From contig CBDURU010000090.1 in NCBI GenBank assembly GCA_965369865.1, positions 1-14,428 on the forward strand: DNA of 14,428 nucleotides, given 5' to 3'. The notes beneath the pieces were generated by a model. That model worked only from the letters and a program-made list of their open reading frames with translations, made no database searches and was not told where the DNA came from. This DNA is from an uncultured bacterium (GTDB lineage Bacteria; JAJVIF01; JAPKYR01). A program made the translations under genes and the position numbers. Of this stretch, positions 7,817 through 14,428 are shown one piece after another (the first letter of the stretch is position 1; the number at the start of each line of letters is the position of its first letter).

Positions 7817-8269
7817 TCAATCCTGGATCACAATCTCGTGTTCGATCGTTGTCTCAGCTTTCAGGCTGTTGGACATCCAGCACCAAAGATGTGCTTTATC
7901 AAGGCATTCCACCGCGATGGCTTTTTCTTCCTCTGAATTAACCACCATTTTAACCCGGATGATTATTTTCGTATATATAAATCCCGCATCATCCGTGTGC
8001 TCGAGAATGCCTTCGATTTCACTCTCGTAGGAAACAGGTTCGAAATTTTCCCTGGCCGCAACTGAAGTGAAAGTCGAGATCATACAGGTATTAACGCTGG
8101 CGAGCATCAGGTCTTCAGGAGACAATTTACCGGCTTCTCCCCTGAACCTTTCAGGCGGGGCGCCATGGAATGTGGGTGTGTTGTCGCAGGAGAAATCCCA
8201 TGTACGTCCACCGGTCCAGGACAGGGCGCCTTTGAATGTGTGTGTTTTGTATTTTCGTTTTACGGTCAT
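7817..8269 (-). CDS. OsmC/Ohr family peroxiredoxin-like protein
   Basis: PPERFRGEAGKLSPEDLMLASVNTCMISTF and AHLWCWMSNSLK carry the two conserved Cys. Start set at ATG 8269, which has an AAAGGA RBS. Confidence 0.9.
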   Translation of the reverse strand: MTVKRKYKTHTFKGALSWTGGRTWDFSCDNTPTFHGAPPERFRGEAGKLSPEDLMLASVNTCMISTFTSVAARENFEPVSYESEIEGILEHTDDAGFIYTKIIIRVKMVVNSEEEKAIAVECLDKAHLWCWMSNSLKAETTIEHEIVIQD

Positions 8270-8320
8270 TTTGTAAATCCTTTCATGCTCAGGATGAGCA
8301 AGAGACTGAAGAGTCATGTG

Positions 8321-8360
8321 CAGAATGCACATGTTACTGAGTACAGAATGCACATGTTAC
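8321..8360. repeat. 17-bp direct duplication CAGAATGCACATGTTAC
   Basis: Exact copies at 8321-8337 and 8344-8360; the second overlaps the GT2 stop codon. Confidence 0.8.
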
Positions 8361-9136
8361 ACCAGATCGCGCCAGTTGGCGAGAATCTCCTTCGCGGTTT
8401 TGAAAATTACTTTCAGCTTGCTTCCGGTTTGTTCACCCGCCAGTCTGGGGTAATGGTGGACACTGCACTGGACAATTTTCGCGCCCTGTTTACTGAGCTT
8501 TATCAAAACCTCGGCGTCGATCAATGCTCCATCGCTTTTGAGCTGGATGTTATCGAAAAATTCCGCCTTGTAAAGTTTAAACGCGCAATCGACATCCTTC
8601 ACGTTCAGTTTAAAAAATATGAGTAGAAATGTGTTGTAAATCCAGGCGTTAAGAATACGGATCCATGGATCTTTTCTATCGATCCTGTAGGCTGAAACCA
8701 CGTCTCCTTTTTCAAGAAGCGGAATCAGGCCGGAGATTTCAGCGCTGTCAAACTGCCCGTCACCATCGGTATAGAAAATATATTTACTTGAGCATGATGA
8801 GAACCCGGTTTTTAACGCGGCTCCATAGCCAAGGTTTTCCGAATGATGTTTCGCGATCACTTCCGGGTACCGCTCCTGGAGCCTGTCGATAATTTCTCCG
8901 GTTTTGTCCGTGCTGCCATCGTTGACAATTATCAGTTCGAGATCATCGGTCACCATGCGAAGCTTGATCAGCATATCCTCGGTGACCCACCGTATGTTCC
9001 GCTCCTCGTTATAGGCTGGCATGAACGCGGAGAGTTCCGGAAGCTTCGCACCTTTATATTCTTTGGGGGGAGGGGGCAGGTGACTTCCCTTGATTACCTG
9101 TTCCGGCCCGGTATCAATCAGAATCTCATTGTCCAT
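8357..9136 (-). CDS. glycosyltransferase family 2 (DPM1/polyprenol-phosphate glycosyltransferase-like)
   Basis: SAFMPAYNEE, IIVNDGSTDKT, HHSENLGYGAALKTGF, YTDGDGQFD, DVDCAFKLY, HYPRLAGEQ motifs. Confidence 0.93.
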   Translation of the reverse strand: MDNEILIDTGPEQVIKGSHLPPPPKEYKGAKLPELSAFMPAYNEERNIRWVTEDMLIKLRMVTDDLELIIVNDGSTDKTGEIIDRLQERYPEVIAKHHSENLGYGAALKTGFSSCSSKYIFYTDGDGQFDSAEISGLIPLLEKGDVVSAYRIDRKDPWIRILNAWIYNTFLLIFFKLNVKDVDCAFKLYKAEFFDNIQLKSDGALIDAEVLIKLSKQGAKIVQCSVHHYPRLAGEQTGSKLKVIFKTAKEILANWRDLV

Positions 9137-9200
9137 ATGAATCGATAACCTTAATCGCGGTTAGAGGAAAATCCTTTGGCCCAGGTGATTGCCTCAGGGC

Positions 9201-9560
9201 TTAATATCCTTCGGGCAGTTCCAGAAGTACGATCGTTACATGCTTTTGCACAACCCCGATCGGTTCGGGCCAGGTAAAGAAGGACGCGCCCGAGTCACCC
9301 GATATCCGGATGTCGTATGCTCCCTGTTCCAGTGTAATTTCAAATCTCCCCAGTGAATCCCCATGAATAGTTTCATCCATAACGAAAGGGTTCGTAGCTG
9401 AATTTCTGATAACCAGAACCGGATTGGGAATTTTTTCAAGTGTCTCTTCCCGCACTACCGTTCCAATCAGGTTTCCAACTGTCGAGCCGCCTTGACAGCC
9501 GGTAATACCGGCCAACAAAATGATCAGTAAAATTGAGATAACAATTATTTTTGACATCAT
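9201..9560 (-). CDS. small lipoprotein with carboxypeptidase-regulatory-like beta-sandwich domain
   Basis: MMSKIIVISILLIILLAGITGC lipobox, then GNLIGTVV...IPNPVLVI...DSLGRFEITLEQGAYDIRIS. AGGAG RBS at 9571-9575. The ORF-track extension to 9809 overlaps the GT2 gene and is rejected. Confidence 0.8.
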   Translation of the reverse strand: MMSKIIVISILLIILLAGITGCQGGSTVGNLIGTVVREETLEKIPNPVLVIRNSATNPFVMDETIHGDSLGRFEITLEQGAYDIRISGDSGASFFTWPEPIGVVQKHVTIVLLELPEGY

Positions 9561-9573
9561 ATTCACCGTTCTC

Positions 9574-10311
9574 CTAACTTTTAAAACGATATTTAAAAAG
9601 GGTCCAGAATGCTTCCAGCCCATCGATCCAGTTAATTTTCTTGCCCTCTTCGGAAGTCCGTCCACGGTAGTTAATCGGAATCTCAACCAGCTTGTACTTT
9701 TTCTTGAGCACCTTGCTCGTGACCTCGGGACAGAATTCAAATCTCTGGCATGTGAGTTTAATGGAATCGAGAACGTCGAGACGGAAAACCTTGTAACAGG
9801 TTGCCTCATCGGTCAGATGCTGACCGTACAGGAGTGTTGCGAGTATCGCAAGCCCCCTGTTTGCCATCCAGTTCATGAATTTCATGCCCTCCGGACGGGA
9901 TTTCCCGAGGAATCGCGATCCGTAAACCACATCGGCTTCCCCGTTTATAATGGGCGCAAGGACCTTGGGGTAGTCCTCGGGATCGTACTCAAGGTCGGCG
10001 TCCTGGATTATTACAATTTCACCCGTTACATACGTAAGGGCGATTCTGATCGCGAAACCTTTTCCGGTATTCACCCTGGATTCATGGACCTTCACAATGC
10101 CGGGATATTTTCCCTCAAGTTCATGAAGGATTTCCACGGTGCGGTCTTTCGAGCCGTCATCGACCGCGACAATCTCAAGATCGAGACCGGTGTCGACTGC
10201 CACAACGCGGTCGATGATTTCTTCGATGTTATTTTCCTCGTTGTAGCATGGGATCAGAACGGACAGCTTTCTGATATTTTCTGGTTTTATACTCATATTC
10301 AGGTTGATCAT
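9574..10311 (-). CDS. glycosyltransferase family 2 (DPM1-like)
   Basis: LSVLIPCYNEE, VDDGSKDRT, NTGKGFAIR, IIQDADLEYDPEDY, DVVYGSRF, LTDEATCYKVF, EGKKINWIDG motifs. Start may be 10296. Confidence 0.95.
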   Translation of the reverse strand: MINLNMSIKPENIRKLSVLIPCYNEENNIEEIIDRVVAVDTGLDLEIVAVDDGSKDRTVEILHELEGKYPGIVKVHESRVNTGKGFAIRIALTYVTGEIVIIQDADLEYDPEDYPKVLAPIINGEADVVYGSRFLGKSRPEGMKFMNWMANRGLAILATLLYGQHLTDEATCYKVFRLDVLDSIKLTCQRFEFCPEVTSKVLKKKYKLVEIPINYRGRTSEEGKKINWIDGLEAFWTLFKYRFKS

Positions 10312-10410
10312 CTTATCAGATTTCAGGATTCAAGGACATTCCCCAGGTCATGTATCTGAGTATTGAGACGTGAAAAACTTAATGAATGACTGAACCAGAC
10401 TCCCGGATTT

Positions 10411-10440
10411 TGCTATGATACCCCTAATTGACAGAAGGAG
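10411..10440 (+). promoter_or_regulatory. extended -10 promoter (TGcTATGAT) and RBS (AAGGAG)
   Basis: TG-n-TATGAT at 10411-10419 and AAGGAG at 10435-10440, ahead of the ATG at 10450. Confidence 0.5.
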
Positions 10441-10449
10441 AATCGCATC

Positions 10450-11745
10450 ATGAGGTTAAAACCCATCCTCTTAATTATCCTGATCGCAACGATCACTTTC
10501 ATCGGCGGACAACTAGGCGCCCAGACTGATGAAGAAGCGCCAGGTTCGCATATCGTGGTGGCTTCCGATGGTTCGGGAGACTATATCGACCTCCAGGCGG
10601 CATTAAATGAAGCCCCGGACAGGGCGGTGATTTATATCATGGCCGGAACCTACGAAGCAGAACAGACCGCATTTGAGGACCCGAAGTGTGGAAATTGCCT
10701 GGACACATCGGATGGCGCGACGGCATCGACAGGATTTGTGATAAAAAATAAATCACTGACAATATTGGGGGAATCGGCCGATGAAACCATACTGGTTACA
10801 AACGCAGGTTACGGGATATACATCGAAAATTGCCCGAATGTAAAAATATACAGTGTGACAATTACCGGTGGAATCAGGGACCAGGATGGAAACGCCACCG
10901 ATGCGGGGGTCGTGGTCCGTCAATCCGGAGTGGAGATCGGGTATTGTGAAATCAGGGATAACCAGGGTGATTACGAAACAACGGTCGCGGGGATAGGCGG
11001 CATAATGGGGCGGGAAGGCGCGATTCTTAACATTCACCATAACCGGATCCATGATAACTCCTGGGATGGAATTGCACTGTACAGGGGCGCGGTCGCGACA
11101 ATCCACGACAATTATATCTGGAACGGACGCGGGGCGGGGATCGGTATAACATGGGATGCTCACGCGATTATCATCCGGAACGATATCGGCGGGTACTGGA
11201 AAGGGATCGGGTCATTCGGGAATTCGAGGGTCGGGGTCTATAACAATTTCGTTCACGATCTTGCCGGATGGGGAATTATCGCGACCGGCACAAGCGATAT
11301 GATCTGCCGGAACAACACTGTCACCCGGTGCGGAAATGTCGGGATCGCGGGATGGTCGGAAGCAGCCAGAATCGAAATTGTAAATAATATAATCTACGCT
11401 AACGGCCTCCAGGAGCAATGGGTCGCGCCGAGGGTTGGAATCTGGATGATCTGCCCTCCCGAGAATTTCACAATCGCATACAACTGCTTTTTTGATAATT
11501 ACGATGCCGACCTGGTGTTTGGATATGAAGAATTTGAGGATGGCACCTGGAGTTATGAAAGGTCGGAGGAAATTGATGGCATAGACGGGAATTTTGCCGG
11601 TAACCCGGAAATGCCCGGCGATGGTTATGAATTTACCGGTCTTAGTCCATGTATCGATACTGGTGATCCGGAAGTGGTCGATCCCGATGGAACAAGATCC
11701 GATATCGGGGTTACGGGCGGGAATTACGCGATCGCTGAAAATTAA
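10450..11745 (+). CDS. secreted right-handed parallel beta-helix (pectin lyase-fold) protein
   Basis: Signal peptide, pectinesterase-like start VVASDGSGDYIDLQAALNEA..IYIMAGTY, repeated IxxNxIxxN..GI turns, and C-terminal SPCIDTGDP...DPDGTRSDIG motif. Confidence 0.88.
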   Translation: MRLKPILLIILIATITFIGGQLGAQTDEEAPGSHIVVASDGSGDYIDLQAALNEAPDRAVIYIMAGTYEAEQTAFEDPKCGNCLDTSDGATASTGFVIKNKSLTILGESADETILVTNAGYGIYIENCPNVKIYSVTITGGIRDQDGNATDAGVVVRQSGVEIGYCEIRDNQGDYETTVAGIGGIMGREGAILNIHHNRIHDNSWDGIALYRGAVATIHDNYIWNGRGAGIGITWDAHAIIIRNDIGGYWKGIGSFGNSRVGVYNNFVHDLAGWGIIATGTSDMICRNNTVTRCGNVGIAGWSEAARIEIVNNIIYANGLQEQWVAPRVGIWMICPPENFTIAYNCFFDNYDADLVFGYEEFEDGTWSYERSEEIDGIDGNFAGNPEMPGDGYEFTGLSPCIDTGDPEVVDPDGTRSDIGVTGGNYAIAEN

Positions 11746-11782
11746 TTTTGAGGGGGTTCTTTATTTTTACAAAGTCAGACGG

Positions 11783-12065
11783 GTGGCGTTGACAAGCTGA
11801 GTGAGACATCTAAAACCTGCAAGCCTAAAAAATTCTCCGGGTCGAACGTGCTTGTCGACGTTTATTACTATTAAAAAAACTCGCGTGGCGTTGACAAGCT
11901 GAGTGAGACATCTAAAACCTGCAAGCCTCAAAAATTCTCCGGGTCGAACGTGCTTGTCGACGTTTATTACTATTAAAAAAACTCGCGTGGCGTTGACAAG
12001 CTGAGTGAGACATCTAAAACCTGCAAGCCTCAAAAATTCTCCGGGTCGAACGTGCTTGTCGACGT
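11783..12065 (+). repeat. tandem array of three 79-nt hairpin elements, period 102 bp
   Basis: Cores at 11783-11861, 11885-11963 and 11987-12065. Copies 2 and 3 are identical and copy 1 differs at 11827. The AT-rich linkers are identical. Each core starts GTGG and has a 12-bp terminal stem GCGTTGACAAGC/GCTTGTCGACGT. Confidence 0.95.
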
Positions 12066-12101
12066 AAATCAATAAAAAATATAACCAATCAGTATATATT
12101 T

Positions 12102-12950
12102 CTACAAAGTCAGGATCAGGTCGGCCAGGAAAATCAGTACCATGCTGATAACAACCGCTCTTGTTACGGTTATACCTACTCCCCTTGCGCCGCCTTTTGT
12201 CGCGAATCCTTCGAGACATGCCACAAGTGCAATGATAATTCCGAAATACAGGCTCTTTTTGTAACAGATCCATAAAAGTTTGTAATCAAGCTGCGTGAAA
12301 ACGCTGTCAAAGTAAATCCGCTGGCTGACATGCGCCGCCGGCATGTGGTATACAGGGAACCAACCTGCCGCAACCCCAACAAAACCGGCGATATATATCA
12401 CTACTGGAACCATAATCGTGCAAGCCAGCAGCCTGGGTACCACAAGATGTCTTACAGGCGGGACAGCAAGCGCTCGCAGTGCATCGACCTGTTCGGTTAC
12501 CACCATCGACCCGATCTCGCTCGCGATTCCGGATCCCACACGACCCGCGATAACCATGCATCCAAGTACCGGCGCCAGGTCTTTCGCAAGTGAATAGACG
12601 ACCGCGGCACCGATGTATTGAATTCCGAATCCAAGGTCTATCGCCTGCTCCGCAAGAATTATCGCGAGGATCATTCCCGTGAACATAAGGCAAAGTCCCA
12701 CGATAAAAAGGCTGTCGGTGCCGAGGTGAGCCATTTGCTGGAGGGTAAGCGCGACCGGGATCCGGAGCGTGACGATATACCACAAGGCCTGGACTGTCAG
12801 TATCAGAAGCCGCCCGACATAATCGAAAACGTTGATTATCGGTTGCAGAATGGCGGTTGTGATCCATCCCGCGAGGGCGAACGGCCACAACAGGACCTTT
12901 CCGGCGGTTAATCCGGTGGAGGCGTTTGAGTTATTCTGGTTCGCTGACAA
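12102..12950 (-). CDS. mlaE: MlaE family ABC transporter permease (MCE lipid transport)
   Basis: QMAHLGTDSL.IV, KDLAPVLGCMVIAGRVGSGIASEIGSMVVTEQVDALRALAVPPVRHLVVPRLLA and GGARGVGITVTRAVVIS motifs; TTG start, exact start uncertain. Confidence 0.95.
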   Translation of the reverse strand: MSANQNNSNASTGLTAGKVLLWPFALAGWITTAILQPIINVFDYVGRLLILTVQALWYIVTLRIPVALTLQQMAHLGTDSLFIVGLCLMFTGMILAIILAEQAIDLGFGIQYIGAAVVYSLAKDLAPVLGCMVIAGRVGSGIASEIGSMVVTEQVDALRALAVPPVRHLVVPRLLACTIMVPVVIYIAGFVGVAAGWFPVYHMPAAHVSQRIYFDSVFTQLDYKLLWICYKKSLYFGIIIALVACLEGFATKGGARGVGITVTRAVVISMVLIFLADLILTL

Positions 12951-12982
12951 TAGCCTGGGTTTATCCCCTTTGTGCTGAGAGG

Positions 12983-13011
12983 ATTATACAGCACGGAAGA
13001 GAATTTGGCAT
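12983..13011 (-). promoter_or_regulatory. sigma70-type promoter for mlaE
   Basis: Minus strand reads ATGCCA-17 nt-TATAAT, ending 32 nt before the TTG start. Confidence 0.55.
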
Positions 13012-13084
13012 AATTTTGAATAAAATCAGGGGATATGACGAAGCCCAATTAACACGATAAAACCAATTCTACTTGAAATTACTT

Positions 13085-13162
13085 CGGGGACACGTGCTTT
13101 TTTCCCTAATCACCACTTAGCATAATTCAACCGCGTAACTGGAGAAAAAAGACATGTCCCCG
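13085..13162. repeat. REPIN-like inverted repeat (CGGGGACA...TGTCCCCG)
   Basis: Imperfect arms CGGGGACACGTGCTTTTTTCCC (13085-13106) and GGAGAAAAAAGACATGTCCCCG (13141-13162). Confidence 0.65.
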
Positions 13163-13178
13163 TGGCAACACTAAACGC

Positions 13179-13256
13179 GTGGCGTCGACACGCTGAGTGA
13201 GACATCTCCATCCTGCAAGCCTCGAAATTCTCCGGGTCGAACGTGCTTGTCGACGT
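13179..13256 (+). repeat. solo diverged copy of the 79-nt hairpin element
   Basis: Same orientation as the array; about 6 substitutions and 1 deletion relative to array copies 2 and 3; the 3' ~33 nt are identical. Confidence 0.92.
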
Positions 13257-13321
13257 ATAATAATCCCAACCATGTCCAATCAAATCGGGTCCCGTCGTAG
13301 AAGTGAGAAAAATTTATGTTT

Positions 13322-13404
13322 AGGGGACTGGCAATCGATTTTGCCGTGATGTAAACCTTGACTTTACCTGCATGATCCCCGGCAAAATCGAGTGCCTGTA
13401 CCCT
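13322..13404. repeat. REPIN-like inverted repeat (AGGGGACTGGCAATCGATTTTGCCG)
   Basis: 25-bp arms 13322-13346 and 13380-13404 with 3 mismatches and a 33-nt spacer. Confidence 0.75.
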
Positions 13405-13500
13405 GTCTTCTGAAAATCCTCCCCCTTCCCTTTGCCGACATTTAAGGTATAATAATATCGTAATAGATTGAAATCTCCGGTCTGTGATTGGAGCAGGACT

Positions 13501-14428
13501 ATGAAAGGATTCCGGCTTAGTGTTTCACTGATAATTACTGCTTTGCTACTTGTAAACTGTGCGGGAGGTGGTGGTCCGGTCGAGCCGGGTGATTACATGC
13601 CGCCTGAATGGGACACAACTACGGGCGTCACGAGTGTAGTGCCCGGTGAAAACCAGGTCACGGTGATCTGGGGCACGGCAACCGACGCCATGACTCCGCC
13701 TGTGGAATATCTCGTTTACATCGATGAGGATGACCATCCGTGGGATCAATCGCCTGTTTTAAAACCGACAAACGATCCGTATGTGTTCTCGAATCTCGAT
13801 AATGGCACGGAATACTGGTGCGGTGTGCGATCCAGGGACAGTGCCGATCCGTCGAATGTAGAGAAAAATGATGTTGTGATATCCGCGACGCCTGATGAGG
13901 GTCAGGTTACGCTGGATACAATGCCGCCGGTGTGGGATGACACGGTTGGAGTGGTGACTGTCGTTCAGGGGGAAGGTTCTGTGACAGTTGAATGGGGGAC
14001 AGCGACCGACGCTGAGTCACCACCGGTTGAGTATCTGCTCTACCTCGACGAGGACGATGAACCGTGGGACCAGGAGCCGATGGTCCTCTCGACAAACGAG
14101 CAGTACACTTTCACGGACCTGTTTTCAAATATCGATTATTGGTTCGGCGTACGATGCCGTGACAGTGCTGACATTCCGAATTCTGACAGCAATGAAAATT
14201 TGCTCGTGTCAGAGACAATCCCCAGGGGCTGGACGTTGGATTGGGGTTATGGGAAATATAATGATGCGGAAGTCCAGATCGACAGCATGGGAAATTTTTA
14301 TATTATGGGATACAAAACAGGTCCTGCCGATTTTGATCCGGGAGAGGGTTATACCGGGAATAGTGGAACAGTATATGAAGATGGGTACTTCCTTAAACTT
14401 AACTCGGAAGGTGAATTTCAGTGGTCAA
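13501..14428 (+). CDS. lipoprotein with two fibronectin type III-like domains followed by beta-propeller (SBBP-like) repeats; runs off the window end
   Basis: Read by eye from ATG 13501 (GGAGCAGGA upstream, TATAAT at 13448-13453): MKGFRLSVSLIITALLLVNCAGGGG..., then two PPxWD...VTVxWGTATDAx.PPVEYL.Y.DEDD.PWDQ...YW.GVR.RDSAD units, then IDSMGNFYIMGY..GPADFDPG...YFLKLNSEGEFQW. No stop before the window end; not in the ORF track. Confidence 0.88.
   Translation, partial: MKGFRLSVSLIITALLLVNCAGGGGPVEPGDYMPPEWDTTTGVTSVVPGENQVTVIWGTATDAMTPPVEYLVYIDEDDHPWDQSPVLKPTNDPYVFSNLDNGTEYWCGVRSRDSADPSNVEKNDVVISATPDEGQVTLDTMPPVWDDTVGVVTVVQGEGSVTVEWGTATDAESPPVEYLLYLDEDDEPWDQEPMVLSTNEQYTFTDLFSNIDYWFGVRCRDSADIPNSDSNENLLVSETIPRGWTLDWGYGKYNDAEVQIDSMGNFYIMGYKTGPADFDPGEGYTGNSGTVYEDGYFLKLNSEGEFQWS

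Noticed and set aside
9520..10359. 279-aa plus-strand ORF, and the other antisense or nested ORFs inside xseA, tlyA, GT4 and mlaE
   Set aside because: These are shadow frames of well-supported genes on the other strand or in another frame.
11783..11861. tRNA or integron attC identity for the 79-nt element (GTTCGACCC on the minus strand)
   Set aside because: No cloverleaf or correctly placed T-arm, no RYYYAAC/GTTRRRY boxes, and no cassette ORFs between the units.
11783..12065. CRISPR array interpretation of the tandem repeat
   Set aside because: The unit is 79 nt, the linkers are identical rather than unique spacers, and there are no cas genes in the window.
11767..12273. 168-aa minus-strand ORF with three peptide repeats
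   Set aside because: It is a by-product of the 102-bp (3n) period, overlaps mlaE out of frame and has no recognisable domain.
13193..13245. Hammerhead-ribozyme-like look of the element (CTGAGTGAG...CTCGAAA...GTC)
   Set aside because: The core has an extra base compared with CUGANGA, stems II and III are weak, stem I does not abut the cleavage site, and the three array copies lack GAAA.

Overview
Bacterial chromosomal window of mostly housekeeping and cell-envelope genes. On the + strand: an AT-rich orphan lipoprotein gene preceded by a long, structured, GC-rich leader, then an xseA-xseB-DUF212-tlyA operon. Next come a convergent GT4 glycosyltransferase, an extensin-like/peptidoglycan-binding protein and a hicB-hicA toxin-antitoxin pair. 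A minus-strand run follows (GT2, small lipoprotein, GT2, OsmC), then a secreted parallel beta-helix protein, an orphan mlaE permease, and the 5' part of an FN3/beta-propeller lipoprotein that the ORF track missed. The non-coding DNA is the unusual part. It holds several unrelated palindromic REP/REPIN-like elements. One ~79-nt hairpin element occurs as a near-perfect 3 x 102-bp tandem array just downstream of mlaE, bracketed by a 16/17-bp duplication of the mlaE 3' end, with a diverged solo copy upstream of mlaE. There is also a candidate structured ncRNA/leader at ~272-406. No rRNA, tRNA, CRISPR array, transposase or integrase gene is visible. All family assignments come from reading motifs by eye, not from database searches.
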